64,000 nt of DNA from an uncultured Nitrospiraceae bacterium (GCA_963730935.1 CAVSTP010000004.1:288001-352000), one strand, 5' to 3'. Shown: positions 1-11,330, numbered from the stretch's first letter. Numbers and translations are program-made. The notes: generated from the letters alone by a model not told the origin.

Positions 1-2
1 TT

Positions 3-2030
3 GTGCTGCTCTATGTCTTCCTGGGGAACTTTCGGGCGGCCGGCATCGTTGCACTGACGATTCCGATGTCGCTCTTGTTTACGTTCGCCATGATGGTCTT
101 GATCGGGCAATCGGCCAATCTCATTTCGCTCGGGGCCATCGATTTCGGGATTATCGTCGACGCCACGCTGATCATGGTGGAAAGCATTTTCTTTCATCTG
201 GCCCATGCGAAAACGCCGGGCCTCACCGTGCACCAGCAGATCGTCCGGGCCGCCCGCCAGGTGGGCCAGCCGATTTTCTATTCGACCGCGATCATCGTGG
301 TGGCCTTCATTCCCCTGTTCACGATGACAGGCGTACCGGGAAAGATTTTCGCGCCAATGTCGATCACCTATGGATTCGCCTTATTGGGTGCGCTGCTCAT
401 GGCCTTTACGCTGGCTCCCGTGCTCTGCTCGTTTTTGCTCACGGGACCAATTAGTGAAGAAGATACATTTCTGGTCAAGCCGCTGCGGAAACTGTATCAG
501 AGCACACTCCATTGGGCGCTGGATCACCGCCAAGTGGTGGTGGCGCTGGCCGCGGGCTTGTTGATCGTGGCCCTCGTCGCCCTTCAGTTTTTGGGAGGAG
601 AGTTCATGCCGGCGCTCGAAGAGGGCAATCTCTGGGTGCGGGCCACGATGCCCGTGGACATTTCATTCGACCAAGCGGCGCGGCTGGCCACCGACATCCG
701 GGGCATGTTCAGGCAGTCGCCAGAAGTGACGACAGTCGTGTCACAGCTCGGCCGACCGGACGACGGAACCGATCCCACGAGTTTTTTTAACGCCGAATTT
801 TTGGCAAACCTGAAACCGCAGGCTGAATGGCGACGAGGGCTCAGCAAAGACGATCTCGTGGAAGAGATCGAGCAACGCTTGAAGACCATTCCCGGGGTGA
901 TCTTCAATTTTTCACAGGTCATCCAGGATAACGTGGAAGAAGCCATGTCGGGCGTCAAAGGGGAAAATTCCATCAAACTGTTCGGCGCCGACTTGAAAAC
1001 GATGGAAACACTCGCCGGCCAGATCGAAAAGCAAATGCACCAGATCCGTGGCGTCAAGGACCTGGGCATTTTCCGGCTCCTCGGCCAGCCCAATCTCTTG
1101 ATCAAGGTGGACCGACAGGCAAGCGCTCGCTATGGGCTGCAAGTGTCCGATGTGAACGCGGTGGTGCAGGCCGCCATCGGCGGCCAGGCGGTGACGCAGG
1201 TCTACGAAGGGGAACGGCTCTTTGATCTCGTCGTCCGGTTTCTTCCGGAATACCGGCAGGATGTCGAGGCGATCAGCAACATTCTGGTCAGTACACCGGA
1301 CGGCGCCAGAATTCCCCTGAAGCAGCTGGCCACCATCGCCACCCAGACCGGGGCGTTCATCATCTATCGCGAGAACAATGAGCGCTATATCCCAATCAAG
1401 TTCAGCGTTCGCGATCGTGATCTGGAAAGCACCGTTGAAGAGGCCCAGGCGCTCCTCACGAAGACCATCACGCTTCCGGAGCGGTACCGTATGGAATGGG
1501 CCGGCCAGTACGATCAGCTCAAAGATGAACAGAAACGCCTCGCCAAGATCGTCCCGTTGAGTCTGTTGCTCATCCTTCTGCTGCTCTATATCACCTTCGA
1601 TTCGCTGAAGAATGCACTCCTGGTGCTTTCGGCCGTCCCATTTGCGCTGATCGGCGGCGTGATTGCGCTGGTGGCGACCCACACGAACTTCAGTATTTCG
1701 GCGGCGGTGGGCATTATTTCGACCCTCGGCGTGGCCATTTTGGGGGGAGTCCTGCTGATTTCGCGAATCGAAGACGGCCGTCAGGCGGGGTTGAATCTTC
1801 GCGAAGCGATCATGCAGGCAGCTGCCGTACAAATGCGGCCCATTCTCATGGCAACCGTCGGTGCAGCCATCGGCCTCCTGCCTGCAGCAGTGGCCACCGG
1901 GATTGGATCGCAGGCCCAAAAGCCGTTGGCCAGAGTCGTGGTCGGGGGGATGCTGACCGCCGCCTTCTTGATTCTGGTAGTGTTGCCGGTGTTATATGAA
2001 TTAGTACATCGCCGAACGGACCGCGAATAA
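3..2030 (+). CDS. CzcA/CusA heavy-metal RND efflux permease (5'-truncated by window edge)
   Basis: SLGAIDFGIIVD, GKIFAPM, RPILM and GSQAQKPLARVVVGG motifs; many TM segments. Confidence 0.92.
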   Translation: MLLYVFLGNFRAAGIVALTIPMSLLFTFAMMVLIGQSANLISLGAIDFGIIVDATLIMVESIFFHLAHAKTPGLTVHQQIVRAARQVGQPIFYSTAIIVVAFIPLFTMTGVPGKIFAPMSITYGFALLGALLMAFTLAPVLCSFLLTGPISEEDTFLVKPLRKLYQSTLHWALDHRQVVVALAAGLLIVALVALQFLGGEFMPALEEGNLWVRATMPVDISFDQAARLATDIRGMFRQSPEVTTVVSQLGRPDDGTDPTSFFNAEFLANLKPQAEWRRGLSKDDLVEEIEQRLKTIPGVIFNFSQVIQDNVEEAMSGVKGENSIKLFGADLKTMETLAGQIEKQMHQIRGVKDLGIFRLLGQPNLLIKVDRQASARYGLQVSDVNAVVQAAIGGQAVTQVYEGERLFDLVVRFLPEYRQDVEAISNILVSTPDGARIPLKQLATIATQTGAFIIYRENNERYIPIKFSVRDRDLESTVEEAQALLTKTITLPERYRMEWAGQYDQLKDEQKRLAKIVPLSLLLILLLLYITFDSLKNALLVLSAVPFALIGGVIALVATHTNFSISAAVGIISTLGVAILGGVLLISRIEDGRQAGLNLREAIMQAAAVQMRPILMATVGAAIGLLPAAVATGIGSQAQKPLARVVVGGMLTAAFLILVVLPVLYELVHRRTDRE

Positions 2031-2045
2031 CGAAAGAGGAGAAAT

Positions 2046-2849
2046 GTGCGTACGAGACTATGTGTTTGGACGCTGACCATGACAGTCGTCCTGGGCCTGG
2101 ACGCATCGCTCACCTTGGCTGATCAAGCACTGCAGGCCCGGCCCGTGCCGGTGCAAATGCCCTATGAGATGCCGCCGCAGTTCCAGGATGCCCCGCCGGC
2201 GGTCACGGTTCCGCCGAATACCAAACCCCTCACGCAGGACGAGCTTCAACGCGCCGAAGCCTTGCTTCCCTTACTCGAAGGCAAGCAAGAATTCTGGGCC
2301 ATGGGCGAATTCGTGCATCTGGGGGAATCCAGCGTGCCTGTGCTGGTCAAGGCCTTGAGCATGCCAGGGCCTCGAACCCGCTACAACGCCATTGAGACGC
2401 TCTCGATGCTGAATGCCGCCTCGGGGGTGCCGGCGTTGATCAATACGGCGAAGGACCCCAATGAGCTGCCCCGCGTGCGTGAGCATGCGTTGCGGGTCGC
2501 GATTCGTCTGGATCCTTCAAAAACGCCTGAGGCCATTCAAGCCATGGCGAAGGACCAAAATTCGTCCATCCGCAAGGCGGCTGCCTTTGGCTCCCGTTAC
2601 GTGCGTGACAAGGCCGTCGTCCCGATTCTCATCGGAATGATCGCAGATGACGAGCGCTTCGTGGCCATGTCGGCCGTGCAATCACTCTGGATCCTGACGC
2701 TGCACGAGACAGAATTCCATGATTGGGACGCGTCGACGAAAGCCGACCGGCAGGAGTGGATGGCGGAATGGATGGAGTGGTGGAACGGAGAGAAAGAGAC
2801 GTTTCAGATTCCGGAGCCTCGTCGGAGGTCGTCCAAAATCCAAGGCTGA
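2046..2849 (+). CDS. Exported HEAT/PBS-lyase-repeat protein
   Basis: Signal-peptide-like N-terminus; repeated helical units (VPVLVKAL..RYNAIETL, IRKAAAF, VVPILIGMI); GAGGA RBS. Confidence 0.7.
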   Translation: MRTRLCVWTLTMTVVLGLDASLTLADQALQARPVPVQMPYEMPPQFQDAPPAVTVPPNTKPLTQDELQRAEALLPLLEGKQEFWAMGEFVHLGESSVPVLVKALSMPGPRTRYNAIETLSMLNAASGVPALINTAKDPNELPRVREHALRVAIRLDPSKTPEAIQAMAKDQNSSIRKAAAFGSRYVRDKAVVPILIGMIADDERFVAMSAVQSLWILTLHETEFHDWDASTKADRQEWMAEWMEWWNGEKETFQIPEPRRRSSKIQG

Positions 2850-2931
2850 TGGGCGCCTTGCGGCTCAAAAAAACCGTATGTTATACGTGTCATGGCCGGC
2901 GTTGACCGGTCAATTCCACTAGGACGATCTG

Positions 2932-3462
2932 ATGGCTGTGCTGCCGATTGCAAAACTCGGAAATCCGGTGCTCCGGAAGATTGCCGCTCGGGTGGATCCG
3001 CGCGAGATCCGGACCAAGGAGTTCCAGCAACTCATCGACGACATGTTCGAGACTATGCTCGAAGAGCCCGGGATCGGCCTGGCGGCGCCGCAGGTGTCGC
3101 AGTCGGTTCAGCTCGTGGTCATGGGCTGCGAAGGGGAAGGCGGATTTCCCACGACGACGCTGATCAACCCGACGATCGTCTATTACGGCCCGCAGCAGGT
3201 TGAGAACTGGGAAGGCTGTTTGAGCGTGGATGGTTTCCGGGGAAAAGTCACCAGGCCGGCAGTGGTGCGTGTCCAAGCACTCGACCGTGACGGCAAATCC
3301 ATTGATGTCGAGGCCGATGGCCTCTATGCGGTATGCATCCAACACGAAATGGATCATCTGATCGGCAAGGTGTTCCTCGATCGCATGACGGACCTGTCCA
3401 CCCTCACCCAGCTGAGCGAGTTCGAGAAATTCTGGCGGAAAGAGCCCACCCCGGTCATTTGA
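2932..3462 (+). CDS. def: Peptide deformylase
   Basis: GIGLAAPQV, EGCLS and QHEMDHL motifs. Confidence 0.97.
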   Translation: MAVLPIAKLGNPVLRKIAARVDPREIRTKEFQQLIDDMFETMLEEPGIGLAAPQVSQSVQLVVMGCEGEGGFPTTTLINPTIVYYGPQQVENWEGCLSVDGFRGKVTRPAVVRVQALDRDGKSIDVEADGLYAVCIQHEMDHLIGKVFLDRMTDLSTLTQLSEFEKFWRKEPTPVI

Positions 3463-3577
3463 CGCGTTCGCATTGGCAATGTGTAATGAGCAATGGGCGA
3501 GCGGCCGACTCTGGACTCTTGTCGCTCCCCATGCCGTATAGGTAATTTCTCGGAAACCTTCCGCTCCGGTCATCATC

Positions 3578-5302
3578 GTGAAAACCTTGTTGCGCGTGCT
3601 TCAATATCTTCGTCCCCATCGCTCGATGGTCATTGGCACGTTTGTGTTTGCCGGACTGACCACCACGTTCGAGCTCGTGCCACCATGGTTGATCAAAGTC
3701 CTCATCGATGACGTGATCCAGGCGGGCAAGACGCATCTGCTCTCACTCGTCTTCGCGGGGCTCTGCACCGCCTATGTGTTGCGGAATATCTGCGCATCGG
3801 CGCGAATCAAGCTGAACAATAGCCTCGAGCAGCAGATCGTGCATGATCTGCACGTGCAGGTGTTCGCCGCCCTTCAGCGCTTGTCGATCAGTTTCTTCGA
3901 GAACCGCTCGACGGGCGAAATCATGTCGCGCGTCTTGAACGACACCGAGCACATGCAGCGCATTTTTGTGGACGGCCTCGAGGAAATCATCACGGCGGGT
4001 TTGACTCTGGTCGGCATCATGGCCGTGCTGTTCTGGCTCAATTGGAAATTAGCGCTGCTGGCACTTGTCCCCATCCCGTTGCTGATTCTGGGCGCCATCG
4101 CCTTTACCAAGCGGATTCATAATTACTATCGGAAAATTCGGAAGGGTTCCGCCGAGCTGAACGCCTTGCTGCAGGATTCGCTGGCCGGCATCAGAGAGAC
4201 CATGGGATACAACCGGCAGGCCTATGAACAGGATCGATTCGACGGCAAGAGCGACCAGTGCCGCCGCGATACCCTGAAGGCGATGTATCTGTGGTCGTAT
4301 TACTCGCCTGGCATGATGCTCGTTGGAAGCTTGGGCGGGGCGCTCGTGCTGTGGAACGGGGCGCAGGAAGTCCTTCGGCTGCATTTGTCCGTCGGCGAGC
4401 TCGTGATGTTCATGTCCTATCTCGCCCTCTTTTACGTGCCCATCAATCAGATCCATTCGGTCAATCACATGCTGCAGCATGCGCTTGCCGCGAGCGAGCG
4501 GGTGTTCGAGGTCCTCGACATTGTGCCCGACGTCAAGGATGAGCCGGGTGTCCGGGCACCGGCGACCCGATTGACTGGGGAAATCGAATTCCGGCAGGTA
4601 CATTTTCACTATCGGCCGGAGGCGCCCATTCTCAACGAGGTGTCGCTCATTGTCCGTGCCGGCGAACGGGTGGCGTTGGTGGGCCCCAGCGGTGCCGGCA
4701 AGAGCACAACCTTGAAGCTGCTGTCGCGGTTCTACGACGTGACGGGAGGCGAGATCACCATCGACGGCTATGACCTCCGACGCATGCCCGTCGCTTTTCT
4801 CCGTAGCCAGATTGGGCTGGTGCAGCAGGAACCCTTCCTCTTCAATGGGACCGTGCGTGAGAATCTGTTGTACGGCAACCTCTCGGCCAGCCATGACGAC
4901 GTTGTCTCGGCTGCGAAAGCCGCGCGTGCCCATGAGTTCATTGTCAAGCTGCCGGAAGGGTATGACACCTGGATCGGGGAGCGGGGGGTGAAGTTATCGG
5001 TCGGCCAGCGTCAGCGGGTCTCCATTGCCCGTGTGCTGTTGAAAGACCCGCCCATCGTCATGTTCGACGAAGCGACGTCCAACATCGATACGGAAACGGA
5101 AGTCAAAATCAGGGAAGCGTTAGACGAACTGACGAAGGGCAGGACGACGATTGTGATTGCCCACCGCCTTTCGACCGTGCACGGCATGGACCGCATCATT
5201 GTGGTGGATCATGGACGCGTGGTCGAAGACGGCCCGCACGAGGTGCTGATAGCGCGGGGCGGGCTGTATGCCGGCTTGTATGAGGCGCAATTCCAGACCT
5301 AA
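3578..5302 (+). CDS. ABC exporter, fused permease/ATPase (MsbA-like)
   Basis: N-terminal TMD; Walker A GPSGAGKST, LSVGQRQR signature, DEATSNID, IAHRLST. Confidence 0.93.
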   Translation: MKTLLRVLQYLRPHRSMVIGTFVFAGLTTTFELVPPWLIKVLIDDVIQAGKTHLLSLVFAGLCTAYVLRNICASARIKLNNSLEQQIVHDLHVQVFAALQRLSISFFENRSTGEIMSRVLNDTEHMQRIFVDGLEEIITAGLTLVGIMAVLFWLNWKLALLALVPIPLLILGAIAFTKRIHNYYRKIRKGSAELNALLQDSLAGIRETMGYNRQAYEQDRFDGKSDQCRRDTLKAMYLWSYYSPGMMLVGSLGGALVLWNGAQEVLRLHLSVGELVMFMSYLALFYVPINQIHSVNHMLQHALAASERVFEVLDIVPDVKDEPGVRAPATRLTGEIEFRQVHFHYRPEAPILNEVSLIVRAGERVALVGPSGAGKSTTLKLLSRFYDVTGGEITIDGYDLRRMPVAFLRSQIGLVQQEPFLFNGTVRENLLYGNLSASHDDVVSAAKAARAHEFIVKLPEGYDTWIGERGVKLSVGQRQRVSIARVLLKDPPIVMFDEATSNIDTETEVKIREALDELTKGRTTIVIAHRLSTVHGMDRIIVVDHGRVVEDGPHEVLIARGGLYAGLYEAQFQT

Positions 5303-5328
5303 CGCCCGTTAAGGCGTGCGAGACTTTT

Positions 5329-5523
5329 ATGGTCTTGATCTACGAAACCGATCCACTGGATAATGAAGATGCGCGTGGACGGTTCTACCATGTCTGCCGC
5401 GGGCGGATTGTCAGGACCGAAATTCAATTGCCGTCAGGCGAGACCGTGTACGAGTGTCCGGAGTGCGGCATTGACCTCGAGCCGGAAGATTTTTGGATCG
5501 CGAGACAGAAAGGATCGGTGTAG
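5329..5523 (+). CDS. Small putative zinc-ribbon protein
   Basis: HxC...CPEC pattern in 64 aa. Confidence 0.55.
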   Translation: MVLIYETDPLDNEDARGRFYHVCRGRIVRTEIQLPSGETVYECPECGIDLEPEDFWIARQKGSV

Positions 5524-5528
5524 ACAAG

Positions 5529-5738
5529 ATGCCTAGCAGCGCAGGTCGGAAGACCGTGGCCGTCATGCGGGGGCTCATGATGCTCTGCGACAGTTGCTAT
5601 GACCAGGTCATGGCCGAAAAACTCACGGACCACAAGAATTTCGTCCAGAACTATGAAGCGCTCTTTGATACGATTTGTCCCGGGTGTACAGACATTAATC
5701 GACCGCTCGTCGATGATATGTTGGGGAGTTCCGAGTAA
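5529..5738 (+). CDS. Small protein with two CxxC motifs
   Basis: CDSC and CPGC; ATG 5 nt after upstream stop. Confidence 0.6.
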   Translation: MPSSAGRKTVAVMRGLMMLCDSCYDQVMAEKLTDHKNFVQNYEALFDTICPGCTDINRPLVDDMLGSSE

Positions 5739-5757
5739 GGTACGGCAAGCCCGCCCG

Positions 5758-6090
5758 TTATTTGCACTCTTTTCCGTTGAAATACATACAGGTCGACTCT
5801 CCTGATTTGATCTTCCACGTCTTGATCAGGGGCAGTTGACCGTTGCCTCGCATCTCGACGACAAAATCGACCAGGCCTGAGACAGGAAGTTTGTCCATGT
5901 GGGGCTGACCGGCCTCCGGCACCTCGATATAAAACACGGAGCCGAGCGTTGAAATCAGCACCCGGTGGTTGTCTTTGTCGACTTGAATGACAGGACTGTA
6001 AAAACTCTTGTCCTCGGCACTGGCGAAACTGGCGAGAAACAACAGACAGAAGGCGGGAAGTATCGTACGCAAAGAGGGCATAGCGATCAC
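5758..6090 (-). CDS. Hypothetical exported protein
   Basis: Signal peptide ending ASA-E; AGGAG RBS; C-terminal Cys pair. Confidence 0.7.
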   Translation of the reverse strand: MIAMPSLRTILPAFCLLFLASFASAEDKSFYSPVIQVDKDNHRVLISTLGSVFYIEVPEAGQPHMDKLPVSGLVDFVVEMRGNGQLPLIKTWKIKSGESTCMYFNGKECK

Positions 6091-6203
6091 TCCTTCCTAA
6101 TAAAGGCGCGTAAAAGCTCGAAGATGGCGTCATTATCGCATCCAAACGGGCAGGAAGGAAATACGAATCTCTAGGGTTTTAACGGAGCGGCAACAAAGAG
6201 GTC

Positions 6204-6713
6204 TCAGGTGACGGTAATCTCGGCCGGCGACACCCCACCGTTTTTGATCCAATAGGTCTTGATGTCCGGCTTGGCCTGCATCAGCGAGACGAGCAGGTAC
6301 GCGGGAGTCGGCAGATTGATCTTCGGCCAGATCTCTTCGTAATCGGTGGCGATCTTGATGTCGGTCACCGAGGGTCTGGCGGGATCGTGAGGGTGGGAAT
6401 GGTAGACCACTTGCAGGTCGAGGCCTTTGTTCCGCATGTCTTTCTTGGCAGCCGAAAAATCCTGCATGTCCATGACGAAGGCGATCTCCGCGCGCTCGGC
6501 CGGTGACAACCGTTCCAGATGGGCAGCCTTGGCGGGGTCGAACGATGAGAGGTTCTGAGCGCCTTCCAGCGCGACGATATTCTTTACCCGATAGACGGTA
6601 GTGACGGTCTGGTCGGTGCCTGCGAGAAGTCCGCAGCATTCGTAGGGTGCAAGCTCCTGCGCATGTGCCACGATGTCGTCGAGAATGTGCTGGGGGATGG
6701 TCAGATCCGCCAC
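6204..6713 (-). CDS. JAB/MPN (Mov34) metallopeptidase, Mec/HcyD-like
   Basis: ECCGLLAG and YHSHP..PARPSVTD JAMM motif; GTG start 8 nt after moeB stop. Confidence 0.9.
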   Translation of the reverse strand: MADLTIPQHILDDIVAHAQELAPYECCGLLAGTDQTVTTVYRVKNIVALEGAQNLSSFDPAKAAHLERLSPAERAEIAFVMDMQDFSAAKKDMRNKGLDLQVVYHSHPHDPARPSVTDIKIATDYEEIWPKINLPTPAYLLVSLMQAKPDIKTYWIKNGGVSPAEITVT

Positions 6714-6721
6714 GTGCCTGC

Positions 6722-7525
6722 CTAGATGGTGCAGGAGACCGTATAGTCCATGCTCAGGTCCTTGATCTTGGGATTGGGACCGCAGAGCGGGCACGCCGGA
6801 TCTTTGGGGCGGCCGACCTTTCGAAATGTCATCTCGAGCGCGTCGTAGATCAGCAGTTTGTCTGCGAGCGTTTCACCGATGCCCAGAATCTCTTTGATGG
6901 CTTCCGAGGCTTGGAGAATACCCATCGTGCCGGCCAGCACACCCAGCACGCCGGCTTCCTGACAATTCGGCACCAAACCGGCCGGAGGAGGCTCCGGATA
7001 CAGGCAGCGATAGCAGGGGTAGCCTGCATGCGGCTTAATCGTGGTCAATTGCCCTTCGAAGCGGAACATGCTCGCTGAGATCAGTGTTTTTCGGGCAAAG
7101 AAGCAGGCGTCATTGACCAGAAAGCGCGTGGTGAAATTATCGGAGCCGTCGAGAATGACGTCATAGGCGTTGATCAGGGAGAGGATGTTATCCGCATCGA
7201 CGAGCTGGTGATAGGCATTGACGGTGATCTCGGGATTGATGGCCGTCAACGTACGCTTTCCCGATTCCACTTTGGGCTGTCCGACCGTCGCCGTCGTATG
7301 GAGGATCTGCCGCTGGAGGTTGGACAGGTCGACGACGTCCCCGTCCACCAGCCCAATGGTGCCGATGCCGGCTGCGGCCAGATAGAGACCGGCAGGGGAT
7401 CCCAGTCCACCGGCGCCGATGAGCAGCACTTTGGCCTTGCTCAGCTTAAGCTGGCCTTTGCCGCCGACGTCCTGCAGGATGATGTGGCGGCTATAGCGTT
7501 CGATCTGTTGCTCGGTCAGTTCCAT
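6722..7525 (-). CDS. ThiF/MoeB family sulfur-carrier adenylyltransferase (copy 2)
   Basis: RYSRHI, GAGGLG, SNLQRQ, CYRC and CPLC Zn site, CQEAGV; no rhodanese domain. Confidence 0.93.
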   Translation of the reverse strand: MELTEQQIERYSRHIILQDVGGKGQLKLSKAKVLLIGAGGLGSPAGLYLAAAGIGTIGLVDGDVVDLSNLQRQILHTTATVGQPKVESGKRTLTAINPEITVNAYHQLVDADNILSLINAYDVILDGSDNFTTRFLVNDACFFARKTLISASMFRFEGQLTTIKPHAGYPCYRCLYPEPPPAGLVPNCQEAGVLGVLAGTMGILQASEAIKEILGIGETLADKLLIYDALEMTFRKVGRPKDPACPLCGPNPKIKDLSMDYTVSCTI

Positions 7526-7528
7526 CCG

Positions 7529-7768
7529 TTATTCCACGACGTTCAATTCGATCGGATCGACGACGCATCCTTTGTGACGGAGTCCCTGAAGCGCGCGCTC
7601 GATCTCGGCGGTCTCGCCGGAGAGTTCAACGTCGACCCATCCGGTCGTCTCGCGAACATCGGCGCGGCGCACGTTGGTGACGATGTTGTATTCCCTGCCG
7701 ATTTGATAAATGATCGGTTCCTTGACCTTGTCTTCTGGAAACCTGACATGGAAACGGAGGTGTGCCAT
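7529..7768 (-). CDS. Stand-alone NIL domain protein
   Basis: EPIIYQIGREYNIVTNVRRADV...GWVDVELSG pattern typical of the NIL (MetN C2-like) domain. Confidence 0.85.
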   Translation of the reverse strand: MAHLRFHVRFPEDKVKEPIIYQIGREYNIVTNVRRADVRETTGWVDVELSGETAEIERALQGLRHKGCVVDPIELNVVE

Positions 7769-8043
7769 TATCGACCTCCTGCAATGGCGGGAACGATTGA
7801 CACTTCATCGCCGGCTTTGAGCGAGGTGTCCTTTCCCTTCAAGAATCGGATGTCTTCCTCATTGACGTAAATGTTCACAAAACGGCGCAGTTCTCCGCTA
7901 TCGTCGCACAGACGCGCTTTGATGCCCGGATGCGCCGCATTCAAATTCTCGATCAGGTCGAGGATAGACCCTGCGGCGATCTCTACCTCGCCCTGGCCCT
8001 TGGTCAGCGGTCGCAGTGGAGTCGGAATTCGAACTTTGATCAT
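7768..8043 (-). CDS. MoaD/CysO-like ubiquitin-fold sulfur carrier (C-terminus AGG-R)
   Basis: [34 protein letters not shown]. Confidence 0.93.
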   Translation of the reverse strand: MIKVRIPTPLRPLTKGQGEVEIAAGSILDLIENLNAAHPGIKARLCDDSGELRRFVNIYVNEEDIRFLKGKDTSLKAGDEVSIVPAIAGGR

Positions 8044-9290
8044 GCGTCACCGCCGCCGTTCTTGCCCATCTTGAACGTTTTCTCGAACGCGACGAGGCTA
8101 GGCTGAATCCGGAACGGTCTGCCCACCGCGTCAACGACGGCTTCTTGGGTTTTCAAGCCGTTGCCCGTCACATAGGCTACGGTGACGTCGCCCTTCTTGA
8201 TCGTGCCGTTTTTGACCAACTTCTGGAGGACGCCGATGGTCACGCCGCCTGCCGTTTCGGCAAAGATGCCTTCCGTCTGCGCCAGCAGCTTGATGGATTC
8301 CACCACCTCATCGTCCGTCACCATGTCCATTGACCCCTGGCTTTCTGCCGTCGCCTTCAGCGCGTAATAGCCGTCGGCCGGATTACCGATCGCCAGCGAT
8401 TTCGCGATGGTCTTGGGCTTCACGGGCTTAAAGAAATCGCGTCCGGCCTTGAAGGCGGTCGAAATGGGGGAGCAGCCTTCCGCCTGCGCGCCGTTGATCT
8501 TCGTGCGCACGTCGTTGATCAGGCCCACCGCCTTCATTTCATGAAGGCCTTTCCATATCTTGGTGAGCAGGGAGCCGGAGGCCATGGGAATCACCACCTG
8601 GTCTGGCGTGCGCCAGCCAAGCTGCTCGACGGTCTCAAAGGCCAGCGTCTTGGATCCTTCGGCATAATACGGCCGCACATTGATGTTGACGAAGGCCCAT
8701 CCGTGCTCAGCTGCGATTTCGCTGCAGAGGCGGTTGACGTCGTCGTAATTGCCTTCGACCTCCACGACGTTGGGCTTGAAAATCAGGTTGCCGAGAACCT
8801 TGGCGGCTTCCAAATCGCCGGGAATGAACACGTAACAGCGCATGCCGGCCGCCGCGGCGTGTGCGGCGACAGAATTCGCTAGGTTTCCGGTGGAGGCGCA
8901 GGCCACCGTCTCGAAGCCGAGTTCCCGAGCACGGGTCAAGGCCACTGCGACGACGCGATCCTTGAACGACAAGGTGGGATGATTGACCGTGTCGTTCTTG
9001 ATGTACAACTCGTCGATGCCTAAGTAGGCCCCCAAGTTCTTCGCCCGGACCAGCGGTGTCAGTCCGGCATGTGGACCGAGATAATTGGTGCCCTCCACCG
9101 GGAGCAGGTCGGCATACCGCCACATGCTCCGCGGCCCCTCCTCAATCTTCTTACGGGAAATGAGCTGCTTCACTTCGGCGTAATTGTACTTGACCTCGAG
9201 CGGGCCGAAGCACATTTCGCACACGTGAATGGCCTTCGTCGGATATTCCTTCCCGCATTCTCTGCACACGAGCGCTTTCATCTTGGCCAT
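8040..9290 (-). CDS. thrC: Threonine-synthase-like PLP enzyme with N-terminal Zn ribbon
   Basis: CREC...[13 protein letters not shown] (PLP Lys), ASTGN, TGNGLK; exact reaction uncertain (see findings). Confidence 0.8.
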   Translation of the reverse strand: MAKMKALVCRECGKEYPTKAIHVCEMCFGPLEVKYNYAEVKQLISRKKIEEGPRSMWRYADLLPVEGTNYLGPHAGLTPLVRAKNLGAYLGIDELYIKNDTVNHPTLSFKDRVVAVALTRARELGFETVACASTGNLANSVAAHAAAAGMRCYVFIPGDLEAAKVLGNLIFKPNVVEVEGNYDDVNRLCSEIAAEHGWAFVNINVRPYYAEGSKTLAFETVEQLGWRTPDQVVIPMASGSLLTKIWKGLHEMKAVGLINDVRTKINGAQAEGCSPISTAFKAGRDFFKPVKPKTIAKSLAIGNPADGYYALKATAESQGSMDMVTDDEVVESIKLLAQTEGIFAETAGGVTIGVLQKLVKNGTIKKGDVTVAYVTGNGLKTQEAVVDAVGRPFRIQPSLVAFEKTFKMGKNGGGDA

Positions 9291-9344
9291 CGTCGCACCA
9301 TCCTGATTATGAAACGAACAGACGCACTTGCTGCATCTTTTTTG

Positions 9345-10157
9345 TTACGGTCGCACGGCACAACCTGCATACGGGTCGCCGTCGTCGAAGAGCTCGGTAA
9401 TCGTCGGATGCTCGCCGCAGAGCGCACATTGCGGATTGCGCTTGACCTTGATTTCCCTGAAAAGTGTCTTGCGGGCGTCGAAATCCAGCAGGCGGTCCGT
9501 CAACGGCCGGCCGATTCCAAGCACCAGTTTGAGTGCCTCCGTGGCTTGAATCGTTCCGATGATACCCGCAAGCACCCCGATGACTCCAGCCTCCTGGCAT
9601 GAGGCGACCAATCCGGGCGGCGGCGGCGTCTTGAACACGCAGCGATAGCAGGCGGATTTCCTGGGGATGATGGTCGTCACGCGGCCGTCGAAGCGCAGGA
9701 TGCCGCCGTGGACAAGCGGCTTATCGGCAAAGAAACAGGCATCGTTGATGAGAAACTTGGCGGTGAAGTTGTCGACTCCGTCGATCATGACGTCGTAGTC
9801 TGAAAACAATTTGAGGGCGTTGCCGGCCGTCAGCCGTTCTTCATACATCGACACCGAGACATCGGGATTGAGGGCTTGGATTTTCTCTTTTCCAGACAGC
9901 ACCTTGGGGCGGCCCACGTCGGGCGTGTGGTGAAGAATTTGCCGCTGTAGGTTGGTCAAATCGACGACGTCGCTGTCGATCAAACCGATGCGCCCGACGC
10001 CGGCGGCCGCCAGGTACAGCGCGGCAGGAGAGCCTAAGCCGCCGGCGCCGACGAGAAGAATTTTCGCGTTCGCGATTTTCTTCTGTCCCTTGCCGCCGAC
10101 CTCTGGCAAGAGAATATGCCGGCTGTAGCGGGAGATTTGATCTTCGGAAAATTCCAT
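9345..10157 (-). CDS. ThiF/MoeB family adenylyltransferase (copy 1)
   Basis: RYSRHI, GAGGLG, NLQRQ, CYRC, CQEAGV, CALC. Confidence 0.93.
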   Translation of the reverse strand: MEFSEDQISRYSRHILLPEVGGKGQKKIANAKILLVGAGGLGSPAALYLAAAGVGRIGLIDSDVVDLTNLQRQILHHTPDVGRPKVLSGKEKIQALNPDVSVSMYEERLTAGNALKLFSDYDVMIDGVDNFTAKFLINDACFFADKPLVHGGILRFDGRVTTIIPRKSACYRCVFKTPPPPGLVASCQEAGVIGVLAGIIGTIQATEALKLVLGIGRPLTDRLLDFDARKTLFREIKVKRNPQCALCGEHPTITELFDDGDPYAGCAVRP

Positions 10158-10166
10158 TGTGACCCG

Positions 10167-11095
<929 letters not shown>

Positions 11096-11096
<1 letters not shown>

Positions 11097-11293
11097 CAGC
11101 CGCCACCCATGTAAAACAGAAATTCCAAGCGATCGCCTTCCTTCAGTTCGGTCGTGGCCAAACGCTCCCGTTCGACCATGCTATCGTTGACCTCCACGGC
11201 CACCATCTGAGGTTCGATCTTTTTGGTTTTCAGGAGATCGAGGACGCTGCCTCCGGGAAACTCCTCAGACTTGCCGTTGATCTTCAGCTGCAT
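11096..11293 (-). CDS. thiS: ThiS-like sulfur carrier (C-terminus MGGG)
   Basis: 65 aa; VAVEVN..LKEGDRLEFLFYMGGG; AGGAG RBS. Confidence 0.9.
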
Positions 11294-11330
11294 GAAATCT
11301 CCTAACCTGGCCCAATAATTAAGGAATTTC

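Noticed and set aside
8040..8060. ThrC-like protein ends NGGGDA, resembling a masked GG terminus
   Set aside because: No ubiquitin fold precedes it; the codons overlap the RBS and start region of moaD
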